From: a virus | Lineage: Duplodnaviria; Heunggongvirae; Uroviricota; Caudoviricetes | DNA: 64,000 nucleotides | Virus record (IMG/VR): IMGVR_UViG_3300037067_014938 | Span: 17,435 to 81,434 of that record | Direction: 5' to 3' (one strand) | Shown: piece after piece, positions 48,812 to 57,943 of the stretch | Position numbering within the stretch: position 1 is the stretch's first letter | Layout of the letters: every line of letters begins with the position of its first letter | Made by a program: the position numbers and the translations under genes | The notes under the pieces: model-generated | What the model saw: the letters and a program-made list of their open reading frames with translations, nothing else | Databases searched by the model: none | Told to the model about the DNA's origin: nothing

Positions 48812-49050
48812 AAATATTAATAGATCAAAATCAAATTATAATTAAAAACCCTCCTAACCTTTGTATTATAGAGGATGATAGATTTTTACAATCATTAAAT
48901 TTGTATATAAATTTTATAGGTTGTGGACCTTCTTCAATATTTAAAGATCACGAAGAATATCCAGTTGTTATTATAATTAAAATATTATTATTAATAATAG
49001 GACAAAGAAATGAAAAAATACTTCGCAGTAGGAAATCACAAATTAAGTAA
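48808..49050 (+). CDS. Small paralog-family protein (C-terminal region IKILLLIIGQRNEK)
   Basis: N-terminus MKILID and the C-terminal motif. Confidence 0.45.
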   Translation: MKILIDQNQIIIKNPPNLCIIEDDRFLQSLNLYINFIGCGPSSIFKDHEEYPVVIIIKILLLIIGQRNEKILRSRKSQIK

Positions 49051-49609
49051 AAAAATAATGATCTTTAATATGACTCCGGCAGCTACTTGTCCAAGTAGAG
49101 CACTTGGGTTGTGCCAGTTGCACAACCCGGATTTTTGTTATGCTATGAAGGCTGAAAAAATGTATCCGAAATGTCTCCCACATCGTATGGAACAACAAGA
49201 ATTATGGGATTCTTTATCGGCTGAGGATTTTGTTGAATTATTCTTAAGAGAGCGTGGAAAAAAAGATGTTAAATATTTAAGATTTAATGAATCAGGTGAC
49301 TTTGTTAATCAAGATAGCTTAGACAAAGCTGAAAAAGTTGCGGAACTTTTAATAGAAAAAGGAGTTACAGTATATTGTTATACGGCCAGAAAAGACTTAG
49401 ATTATTCTAGTATAAAGCATTTGATAATTAATGGTTCTGGCTGGATGGAAGATAATGAATGTGATGTTGTATATTTTAATAATGATTTATTAGATAAAGG
49501 AAGTTTTGCTTGTCCAAAGAGTATCGGAAAAAGCAAAGAAGAATGTGGTGAGACTTGTACGGCCTGTATGCAAAAAACAGGCAAAAAAATATTATTTTTG
49601 ATTCATTAA
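49010..49609 (+). CDS. Cys-rich hypothetical protein (possible Gp37/Gp68-DUF5131-like)
   Basis: N-terminal TPAATCPSRALGLCQLHNPDFCYA Cys cluster. Assignment is tentative. Confidence 0.35.
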   Translation: MKKYFAVGNHKLSKKIMIFNMTPAATCPSRALGLCQLHNPDFCYAMKAEKMYPKCLPHRMEQQELWDSLSAEDFVELFLRERGKKDVKYLRFNESGDFVNQDSLDKAEKVAELLIEKGVTVYCYTARKDLDYSSIKHLIINGSGWMEDNECDVVYFNNDLLDKGSFACPKSIGKSKEECGETCTACMQKTGKKILFLIH

Positions 49610-49777
49610 AATGAAAACTTGTAAAATAAAAGTTATTCAACCGGGCACAGTTTTATCAGTTACTTATAATAATGAAGTAACAGCTATCAGAATTAGCGAA
49701 GGTATTATTTTCCCTGGTCCCTTAGGTGAAGATTTCAGGAACGATAGATCATGTAATTATTATACGGCACGGGTAAA

Positions 49778-49993
49778 ATGAAAGTAATAATTAATACTCA
49801 AATTTATCACGAAGAAAACACAATAGAAATATGCTATAATATAGAAATATGCTATAATGGTGAAGTATCATATATCGATGAAGAAGAGATAATTCCCAAT
49901 GTAGACTATTGCTTTAATATAGGTGATGAAGTTGATGATTATTTTTATGCAAGAATAATCAGAATATTATTACTAACATTGGCATACAAATGA
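49778..49993 (+). CDS. Small paralog-family protein (C-terminus RIIRILLLTLAYK)
   Basis: N-terminus MKVIIN and the C-terminal motif. Confidence 0.45.
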   Translation: MKVIINTQIYHEENTIEICYNIEICYNGEVSYIDEEEIIPNVDYCFNIGDEVDDYFYARIIRILLLTLAYK

Positions 49994-50349
49994 TAGAAAT
50001 AAAAGCTAAATGCTGTGGAACTTGTAGTAACTGTATCCTTCTCCAAATCCAAGCGGAATCTCCACCCGCTCCTGTTTTAGGAGAATTTAAAATCGGTGCT
50101 TATATTCAAGATTGTTATGCTACTCAAAGTATATGCTATAATTTCAAGAATAAAAGATGGGAATATTATGAACGGGATGAGCATGACGATGATTTTCGTC
50201 CAAAGTTTTATAATACACAATTATTTAATTTAATTCAGAAACTAAAAGGAGCAGAAAAATTTTCTGACACTTATCCTGCTTTACCAACAGGATTAATAGT
50301 CACAATATTATTATTTATCTTAGTAAGGAGGAGTGGTCGAGTGGATTAA
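49990..50349 (+). CDS. Paralog-family protein (C-terminus VTILLFILVRRSG) running into tRNA-Ser
   Basis: N-terminus MIEIKA. The C-terminal motif directly abuts the tRNA-Ser 5' end. Confidence 0.4.
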   Translation: MIEIKAKCCGTCSNCILLQIQAESPPAPVLGEFKIGAYIQDCYATQSICYNFKNKRWEYYERDEHDDDFRPKFYNTQLFNLIQKLKGAEKFSDTYPALPTGLIVTILLFILVRRSGRVD

Positions 50350-50414
50350 GACAACAGTCCTGAAAACTGTTGTGCTGCAAGGCACCATAGGTTCGAATCC
50401 TATCTCCTCCGCCA
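50327..50414 (+). tRNA. tRNA-Ser (anticodon UGA), type II, CCA encoded; loop CCTGAAA with C33
   Basis: Acceptor GGAGGAG/CTCCTCC, discriminator G plus CCA. D-arm GTC-GAGTGGATTAAG-GAC, anticodon stem ACAGT/ACTGT, variable arm TGTGCTGCAAGGCACC, T-arm ATAGG-TTCGAAT-CCTAT. Confidence 0.65.
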
Positions 50415-50420
50415 TATTAT

Positions 50421-50747
50421 ATGATACAAATTAGTGTTGAAAATATTAAAAATTCTGGGCCGGATATGCATGATAAAGAAATTAATACATCTATACAAGA
50501 CAGATACCCTATATCAGCGGGATGGAATGTGTACTACCCCCCTAATTGTACAGAAAATGGCTGGCTTGTTAACTATAATGTTATAACTAAGCAATGGGAA
50601 TTAATAAATATTATAGATGGACAAAAAATAGTACTTTATAGAAAATTTAATTCAATGCATGAATTAATAACTCATGCATGGCCTACCATAGCTGTAGTAG
50701 CAATTTTATTTAAAATTTTTGTATATAGAAATGCTAATACAAATTAA
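50421..50747 (+). CDS. Hypothetical protein
   Basis: 108-aa ORF. Confidence 0.35.
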   Translation: MIQISVENIKNSGPDMHDKEINTSIQDRYPISAGWNVYYPPNCTENGWLVNYNVITKQWELINIIDGQKIVLYRKFNSMHELITHAWPTIAVVAILFKIFVYRNANTN

Positions 50748-51046
50748 ACCATTTCATACGCATACCGATGCATTTGCTTTAGAATGTGAAAGTATACCCG
50801 TACCAGAACATATTTTAAATGATCCCAATACAATAGGCATATGTTGGTATGGAAGGCATAATAAAAATAAAAATTATAAATTTGGAGAAATACTTTGTTT
50901 TAGTCTAAAATTTAAACGATATGAATTTTATAACATCAGCGGCGATGTTACAGAATTGTTAACATTGGGTACTTGGTCAGAAGTAATAAATGGATTGGTC
51001 CACGAATTTATCATAAATTTCTTTTTAGTTAGATTGTTAATACCAC

Positions 51047-52108
51047 TTATTTTAGATAAACAATAATGTTTTCATCCAACCATTTTTCAGCTTCATTTTT
51101 AGTTATTCCAAGATGCCAAGAAACCAAATCAATTACTTTTCCGCCTTTACTGCAACCAAAACAAAAAAACATATTTTTCTCCCCTCCAATCCACAAAGAT
51201 TGTTTATCTTCTTTTCCGTCCTTGTGATGGGGACATTTAATCCACAATCCATTAAGTTTTGTCTTTATACTATACCCCTTAAATAATTCCCGACCTACAA
51301 TCTTAATATCCAGCTGGTTATATGCACACACGTGCGTAATTTTTTTTATTTTTTCCCCCTCTTTACCGAATTTGCGGTTGGAGAATTGCCGGGAATTTTG
51401 TACAAGATTTTTTATTATTTGACTCGCAGATTTTTCCGCCAAGAAAAAAGAATTAACATCAATTTTTAATTTTGTCATTGAAGGAAAATGTAAAATAAAT
51501 GTTTTTTTAGAAATTCCTACAAGCTCTTTAGCCAGCCATAGGGCACCCCTTTGACCAGAGGAGTCGCTATCAAAAAGTATATAGCAATATTTTCCATTAA
51601 ATAATTCTTTTATGGATTCTTTAATTTTTAAACTCATTACTGCACAAGCTTTAAATCCATATTGCTCTAACGTAATAGCATCAAGTGGGCTTTCCACTAT
51701 GAAGATACTATTATTTTTTAATACATCAGCATTAAATAATGTATCCTTTGGTTGATGAGGTAAGGTTTTGTGGGGAACTTCTTCCGAGGTCAAAGACCTT
51801 CCAGCTATATTATGGTATTCACCATTCATTATCACAGGCATTATAATGCAACCCTCAAAATAGTCTGTATTGCGTGAAGTAACTAATCCATATTGAATAG
51901 CATCAGACAACCAACCTTCTTTTGAAGACCGTTCAAAAATTATATTGCCAATAGCAAATCCAAGTTTAAATCTTTCGATAGTCTCTAAATTCAACCCACG
52001 TTTATTTAATAAGTATAAAGTTCCAATAGTGCTCTGCCTGAGTTGTTCCACATAAATTTCACATGTTCTCTGCAATACCAAACTTTTTGTCATTAAGCAT
52101 GACCCCAA
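51047..52108 (-). CDS. DnaG-type DNA primase with TOPRIM domain and C-terminal CHC2 zinc finger (permuted order)
   Basis: TOPRIM motifs IFIVESPLDAITL and YILFDSDSSGQRGA, followed by C-terminal CPHHKDGKEDKQSLWIGGEKNMFFCFGCSKGG, which is the CHC2 Zn-binding motif normally found at the DnaG N-terminus. Confidence 0.65.
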   Translation of the reverse strand: MGSCLMTKSLVLQRTCEIYVEQLRQSTIGTLYLLNKRGLNLETIERFKLGFAIGNIIFERSSKEGWLSDAIQYGLVTSRNTDYFEGCIIMPVIMNGEYHNIAGRSLTSEEVPHKTLPHQPKDTLFNADVLKNNSIFIVESPLDAITLEQYGFKACAVMSLKIKESIKELFNGKYCYILFDSDSSGQRGALWLAKELVGISKKTFILHFPSMTKLKIDVNSFFLAEKSASQIIKNLVQNSRQFSNRKFGKEGEKIKKITHVCAYNQLDIKIVGRELFKGYSIKTKLNGLWIKCPHHKDGKEDKQSLWIGGEKNMFFCFGCSKGGKVIDLVSWHLGITKNEAEKWLDENIIVYLK

Positions 52109-52715
52109 CTAAAAAATCCAAGTCTTTTTTTACTTCCTGCTTCAATTCAACATTTAATATAAATTCAATAGGTCGCCTTGTAACAACACAAGGAAAATAT
52201 TTGTTGTTTATTTTTAAATAATATAGTGGTCTTTCAGAACATTTTAAACCTGAAATTCTGGTAGCTATTGCAGATCCTAAAATTAAAATTATTTTTGGAT
52301 TAACAATAGTAATTTCTTCTTTCAATCTATCCAAACAAGCATGAGTAGAAGCTCCAATATTCAGTTTTGTAGCTCCCGGACAAAGAAGAGCATTGGTATA
52401 GTATACCTCGTTGTACAATGGTATAACACGGTTTATATATGATACTAACCCAAAGACTTTCTTGCCCTGATTATCCATAAATGGCTTACCTGTAATACTA
52501 TCATAATTTGATGGACTTTCTCCGATAATCATCAATCTTGGATTTAATGGGCCACTACCAAAAACCTTTGAATTTTCCTTATCCTTACTTATGTTACCAT
52601 GCAAACTGCATAATGTGCATCCCTTATACCGGGTTATTAAATCAGATAATGGATTATCTTCATTTTCCTCTATATAAGAGGACGGACAATCTACAAACTG
52701 TTTATAAAACAACAT
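52059..52715 (-). CDS. Uracil-DNA glycosylase superfamily protein (family 4/5-like)
   Basis: LMIIGESPSNYDSITGKPFMDNQGKK matches the GE(A/S)PG...G.PF.G..G motif. Confidence 0.55.
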   Translation of the reverse strand: MLFYKQFVDCPSSYIEENEDNPLSDLITRYKGCTLCSLHGNISKDKENSKVFGSGPLNPRLMIIGESPSNYDSITGKPFMDNQGKKVFGLVSYINRVIPLYNEVYYTNALLCPGATKLNIGASTHACLDRLKEEITIVNPKIILILGSAIATRISGLKCSERPLYYLKINNKYFPCVVTRRPIEFILNVELKQEVKKDLDFLVGVMLNDKKFGIAENM

Positions 52716-53539
52716 TAGTTAATTCCTAATTGTTTTAATTTCCCACTAAATGCACTTCGTTCTGATTTACCAAAATTTTTAAATCTTCCCTGCCCCACTG
52801 ACAACTCATATCTTATTCTGTCTTTTACTTTGTTATCTCCAGATAGATATTCATTAAGAATGACAAGTTCCGGCCCTGAAATACTTAAACTCTCAAAAAT
52901 ATAATCATTAAAAGCTTCCCAAGTATAGGGAAAATATTTTTTAACAAACTCTGCAATAACTTTAGCATAAACTCTTATTTCAAATTGAGCATTTGTATCC
53001 AAACGCTGTAATAAAAAATTCATAATATTCCTGAGATCACACTTCCATATCATTTCTGTATAAGTGGACACCGGAAGCACCATACGAGCCTGTTCTCTAA
53101 CAATTTCTTCATGCAGCATCCCTTCATAATCAAGAGAAGTTAATTCATATGAATCATCAATATTATAACCTATAACACCACCATCGTTCTTTCGGAAAAC
53201 CTCTGGACGATAAAATTCAGTTTCAAGTTTTGAATATCTTCCTGATATCTCTGAAATATTCGCTGTCCGATGTCTATGCCATTGCCTAAAAACAAAAATT
53301 GGGGCTTTAACGTGAAATTTCATTTCAGCCATTTCAAATGGAGACAAATGCCCTTGACGTATTAAATATCTTATAAGCTTGCGAGTTTCTTGTTTATTAG
53401 GGGCTTTTTTCAATTTATTAGATGCATAAGAAACTCTAGCGGCATTTACAATATCTAAATCCGTCCCCATTACATCTAATAATGTAATGCTTCCGTGATC
53501 GAGAACATCTATCAACTTACCCAATTTTAAGTTTTTCAT
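52715..53539 (-). CDS. thyX: Flavin-dependent thymidylate synthase ThyX
   Basis: ThyX signature FRQWHRHRTANISEISGRYS (RHRxxxxxxxS). Confidence 0.8.
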   Translation of the reverse strand: MKNLKLGKLIDVLDHGSITLLDVMGTDLDIVNAARVSYASNKLKKAPNKQETRKLIRYLIRQGHLSPFEMAEMKFHVKAPIFVFRQWHRHRTANISEISGRYSKLETEFYRPEVFRKNDGGVIGYNIDDSYELTSLDYEGMLHEEIVREQARMVLPVSTYTEMIWKCDLRNIMNFLLQRLDTNAQFEIRVYAKVIAEFVKKYFPYTWEAFNDYIFESLSISGPELVILNEYLSGDNKVKDRIRYELSVGQGRFKNFGKSERSAFSGKLKQLGIN

Positions 53540-54515
53540 AAATCTCTTTCCTTAATACTTCATTATCTGATAAAAATCTAATTACATTATCTACACCTTG
53601 GCCTAATCTCGTTTCATTATAGTTATACCATGCACCTTTTTTAGCAATAATTCCTTGTTCAACAGCAATATCAAAAATTTCGTGAGTGCGGTTAATACCC
53701 TTCCCAAAAGAGATATGAAAAATTGCTTCCTCAAATGGTTTATATGTTCTATTCTTAACTACTCTAGCCTTTACTTCAATAGACTCTGCCTCAATACTTT
53801 CCTTTTGAGAAGATGTTTTTCTAACATCTATTCGAGAACCACAAAAGTATTTAAAACCTGTTCCACCAGTAGTAGTTTCAGGACTACCCCATTTTATAGC
53901 AAGCTTATATGTAATCTGATTAATGTATAGAACTACCACTTTGGTTCTACCAACAACTGGACGAAGTTTTCTAAGATGCTGTCTGTTTAATTTAGCCATT
54001 AATCCCATCTGAGCATCCCCAGGATCACCCTCCATTTCTGACCTTGGTACTAACCCTGCTACTGAATCCACAACTATAATAGATACATCGGGCATTTCCG
54101 CGAGATTTTCAATTATATCGAATGCCTGTTCGGCACAATCTGGTTGTGCAACTATTAGTTTAGAAAGATCAACACCACATGCTTTAGCATATTTGGGATC
54201 AAATGAATTCTCTAAATCAACCAAAACTGCTGTGCCTAACTTTTGAGCGGAAGCAATTGCGTGTAAAGCTACTGTACTTTTACCAGAACTTTCAGGACCA
54301 AAGATTTCATTAAATGAACCACGTACAAAACCACCACCAAGAGCCTTATCCAAAGTTAAAGATCCGGTAGACAAACGTTCCCTTATCACAAATAAATCTG
54401 ATGAACTAGAATCCAATTGACAAATTAAAATATCCGGATGAACTCCTCTTAAAATCTCAACTGCTTCAACAACACTTTCCGGTTTTTTATCCTTTTCTGT
54501 CATTTTTTGCCTCAA
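53517..54515 (-). CDS. recA: RecA/UvsX-family recombinase
   Basis: Walker A FGPESSGKST, IVVDSVAGLVPRSEMEG, and loop 2 GDAQMGLMAKLNRQ. Confidence 0.85.
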   Translation of the reverse strand: MRQKMTEKDKKPESVVEAVEILRGVHPDILICQLDSSSSDLFVIRERLSTGSLTLDKALGGGFVRGSFNEIFGPESSGKSTVALHAIASAQKLGTAVLVDLENSFDPKYAKACGVDLSKLIVAQPDCAEQAFDIIENLAEMPDVSIIVVDSVAGLVPRSEMEGDPGDAQMGLMAKLNRQHLRKLRPVVGRTKVVVLYINQITYKLAIKWGSPETTTGGTGFKYFCGSRIDVRKTSSQKESIEAESIEVKARVVKNRTYKPFEEAIFHISFGKGINRTHEIFDIAVEQGIIAKKGAWYNYNETRLGQGVDNVIRFLSDNEVLRKEIYEKLKIG

Positions 54516-54608
54516 TAATAGTTGTAGTAGCTGTTAATTTATCCCCTGAGACAAGTTCAACTCTTACTTCTTTTCCACCAAATCTATCAACATCTCTTTC
54601 TCTCATAT

Positions 54609-57600
54609 TTATGACTCCTTTATTTTTGAAATAAGCCCATCATTGTAAACTTCTAACGTGCTCTGAGCAATACCTTTCAACTCTGGTATATGGGTTATTA
54701 ACAATATTTTTTGAAAAATTGTTCCCAGTTGGTTGAAAATGGACTTGATTATTGACAAATATTGGTCGTCAAAAACCCCCATTCCCTCATCAACAATGAA
54801 CAGCTCCACATGAGTCCCAGTGCGAAAAGACAGAAGATTGGCTAGTGCGGCCCTCAAAACCAAGGAAACTATCGCCAGCTCAGCCCCAGACGCCTCCAAT
54901 ATGTCCCGTCGACCTTTCTCGTCTACAAGATATATCATTACATCATCTACTTTATGATTATTAGACATTACTTTAAAAGGCTCAATAGATATAGTGAAAG
55001 GATTTTTGGATTCAGATAAAGAGTTATTTATAAACTTTTCAACAAATGGAATTACAATATTCTCAATTAATGAAAATACAATTCCAGTTGAACCAACAAT
55101 ATCTTCATATTTATCATATACGCTTATACAACCTTTTACATAAGTAAGGGCTTTTGAAGTTTCTTTAAAGTTATCAGATGCCTCTTTTATAGAGTTTAAA
55201 ATATTAATAGTCTTGTTATACTTGCTGGTTTCTTGCTGTAATTCAACTTCTAATTCAGATGCTTGCGTTTGCAACAGAGTTAAGTCTTGTTTTTTAAGAT
55301 AAGTATCCACTAATATGGTGTTAATAGCTTCCTTTTTAGTCTGGAGAATTTTTTTATCCTCTAACTTGTTTAGAATTATTTTTTCATATACAGCTATAAG
55401 AGATTCAGTATCTTGCTTGATTTTATCAAAGGATTCAAGTCTACTTTTTATTGACACAAGCTCTCTTTCATCTTCTTGTTCCTTCGCTAGTTTTTTAGCT
55501 AATGATATATGTGCATCTGGATTATATTCTAATAATGCAATATCCATTTCAAATTTAGAAATGACTTTTTGTGTCTCTACTCCATCTTTTTGAGAAGTCT
55601 TTTTTACTTCATCTAGATTATTTTTGAGTTTTAAGAAAGTATCTCTAAGTCCTTGTTTATTAGTTTTAATAGCAGTATTTAACGGACAATCAGGTTTGGG
55701 ACAATCTAATAATTTTACACCATCAAATTGTGCTCTAATCATGTTCATTTGATCAACAATAGTTTTAATTCGTTCCTTGTATAGAAATTGTTGGTTTCTC
55801 TGATCTCGTGTAACATTTCTTAATGCTTCGGTTAATGTAATAAATTTTTCTTTTTTCTGCAAAAAGACTTGTAATTCTTTTTGATGTGTATCTATCTCCG
55901 CAAGTTTAAGCTCTATCTCTTGTATAACTCCTTTATAAGAAGAAAGTTCATTTAATTCTTTGGTCTTTTCATTTATCTTTGTTTTAAGTCCTTCAACATC
56001 AAGATTGCACATTTCAATTTGTTTTGAGGTATTTCTCATCTCATCTACAAGATTATCTACTTGTGCAATGTTTCCTATTAATTTTGTTAATTTTTTATTG
56101 GCTACATCTTTTCTTCTTGTAAGTTCGTTTATATTTGATTCTATAATACTTTTATCAGAGTGCAATTGCTCTTCATCTACAGTTTTCTTTTTTTGTTCAT
56201 ATACAGATAGTTTTCCATTCAATTGTTGCACTCTATCTTTTAATAATTTCTTTCTAGTTGAAACAATTTCTCTGCGTAAAGTTAGAGCATTAATATTTAA
56301 ACAATCAATTATAACTTGTTTTCTTTCATTAGGTCTTTTCTTTAATAATAAGTCAACGCCATTTTGCGGCGAGTAAACAGTGCTAGAAAAAACATCATAA
56401 GAACCCACTAAATTATCAACTAATTTTTGTGTATGCTTTGTATCCTCCCCAGAAATATCAATCCAATCATTCTGGTCCTTGTAAAATAAGGATAATTTCC
56501 CTTGTTTCAAATTTCTAATTCGAACAAGCTTATATTGTTTTTTATTTGATATAAATTCAATAGTCACAGTAGTACTATTTTCACCATTACGAATTACCGA
56601 TTGTATATCCTTGTTTCTAAACGTCTGACCAAATAACCCCCAAACTATTGCTTCAACTAAAGAACTTTTTCCAGTTCGATTCTTTCCAAAAATACCTACA
56701 AGAGTATTAAGTTTTTCAAAATCAATAATAATATTTTTAAAACATTTAAAATTTTCAGCATCTAATTTTTTAAGTTGTAAATGTATATTTCCTGGGATAA
56801 CAATATCTTTATTATTTAATATTTCTATTTCTATACCAGATGCAACTGTTTTGACCCTATTCGAAAGTTTATGTTCCTTAATATATTCATCAATGATGTC
56901 TTTAATTGTGTCATGTTTGAAATCATCAATAGACAATGCTGAAGTTGATTTAATCTCTGATTGAAGATACTCAGGAATTATTTGAACATTTGTTGCTGTC
57001 TTTAAACATTCAATTATTTCTTCACTACTAATAACCGTATATTTATCTTTTTGTATAGCATATTTTATTCTAACATAACTATCTGTATAATTTTTTCTTG
57101 CAAGAAAATCTTTTATATACTGGAGAGGATTGACAATGTTTGATATATCACCAAAGTCTTCAGTTATAAATTGAAACCTCTTGTGCACATTAATAAATTT
57201 GGGGGCTAACTTTCCAGAAGAATCTTCCCATAAAACCCATCCGGTATCCTGGGTATCAATATACGTCAAAGGAACAGGACAACCACTGTAAACTACATTT
57301 TCTATTATACTCTGGCGATTATGCAAATGTCCAGCGAATACATAGTCAAATTTGTCCCAAATATGTTTTGGGATATAAACGTCATAATTTACCAATAAAT
57401 GATTTATATCAACTGGTTTATTATCAATAATCCTTGCACCTTCTAAAATAGTATGACAAATTAAAATATTTTTTTTCTCATTAGAAAGTGTAAAGACCGT
57501 GTCAATACTAAGATTATCAAATATAGTAACTGTACTATTTAGTTTATATTTTGACATTTCCTTTTTAGAGGGATAAGGGAAAAAATGGAGTCTATACTGT

Positions 57601-57941
57601 CCTATATCTAAGAAACTTCCGAGAGATGTATATACATCCACTAAATTATCCTGCTCAAACACTGCCGACAATGAATCCGGTTTTAATTCAGACATACTTG
57701 CATCGTGATTTCCAGGTATAGCAATTATTTTATTACTACTTTTTATTCCAGAAAATAATTTTCTAGCTAACAATACTTGTTGTGGGGATAGTCTACCTCT
57801 ATGGACAAACATATCCCCACAAAAAATTACATAGTCAACATTATTTTCATTAACTGATTTAATAATGTCATCAATTATAACTTCAAATTCTTCTGCTCTA
57901 TTTTCAGATATATGCAAATCTGCTATTTGACAAATTCTCAT
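54609..57941 (-). CDS. Fused SbcD(Mre11)-SbcC(Rad50)-like nuclease-ATPase, single 1110-aa polypeptide
   Basis: N-terminal calcineurin-like phosphoesterase (ICQIADLHI...VIFCGDMFVHR...IPGNHD). Rad50 Walker A GKNRTGKSSLVEAI. Long coiled coils with a central CPKPDCP hook-like motif. C-terminal signature/Walker B ELAIVSLVLRAA...LFIVDEGMGVFD. Confidence 0.75.
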   Translation of the reverse strand: MRICQIADLHISENRAEEFEVIIDDIIKSVNENNVDYVIFCGDMFVHRGRLSPQQVLLARKLFSGIKSSNKIIAIPGNHDASMSELKPDSLSAVFEQDNLVDVYTSLGSFLDIGQYRLHFFPYPSKKEMSKYKLNSTVTIFDNLSIDTVFTLSNEKKNILICHTILEGARIIDNKPVDINHLLVNYDVYIPKHIWDKFDYVFAGHLHNRQSIIENVVYSGCPVPLTYIDTQDTGWVLWEDSSGKLAPKFINVHKRFQFITEDFGDISNIVNPLQYIKDFLARKNYTDSYVRIKYAIQKDKYTVISSEEIIECLKTATNVQIIPEYLQSEIKSTSALSIDDFKHDTIKDIIDEYIKEHKLSNRVKTVASGIEIEILNNKDIVIPGNIHLQLKKLDAENFKCFKNIIIDFEKLNTLVGIFGKNRTGKSSLVEAIVWGLFGQTFRNKDIQSVIRNGENSTTVTIEFISNKKQYKLVRIRNLKQGKLSLFYKDQNDWIDISGEDTKHTQKLVDNLVGSYDVFSSTVYSPQNGVDLLLKKRPNERKQVIIDCLNINALTLRREIVSTRKKLLKDRVQQLNGKLSVYEQKKKTVDEEQLHSDKSIIESNINELTRRKDVANKKLTKLIGNIAQVDNLVDEMRNTSKQIEMCNLDVEGLKTKINEKTKELNELSSYKGVIQEIELKLAEIDTHQKELQVFLQKKEKFITLTEALRNVTRDQRNQQFLYKERIKTIVDQMNMIRAQFDGVKLLDCPKPDCPLNTAIKTNKQGLRDTFLKLKNNLDEVKKTSQKDGVETQKVISKFEMDIALLEYNPDAHISLAKKLAKEQEDERELVSIKSRLESFDKIKQDTESLIAVYEKIILNKLEDKKILQTKKEAINTILVDTYLKKQDLTLLQTQASELEVELQQETSKYNKTINILNSIKEASDNFKETSKALTYVKGCISVYDKYEDIVGSTGIVFSLIENIVIPFVEKFINNSLSESKNPFTISIEPFKVMSNNHKVDDVMIYLVDEKGRRDILEASGAELAIVSLVLRAALANLLSFRTGTHVELFIVDEGMGVFDDQYLSIIKSIFNQLGTIFQKILLITHIPELKGIAQSTLEVYNDGLISKIKES

Positions 57942-57943
57942 TA

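Noticed and set aside
38031-50349. Interpretation of the recurring ...ATATTATTA...TTTTAGCAG... 3' gene ends purely as a phage late-promoter consensus
   Set aside because: Several copies (e.g. 39420..39458 TGTTTACTTTTTGTGTTGGCAGAGAGA) keep the peptide motif while changing the nucleotides, so protein-level conservation explains more than a DNA consensus does. A dual role is left open in the findings.
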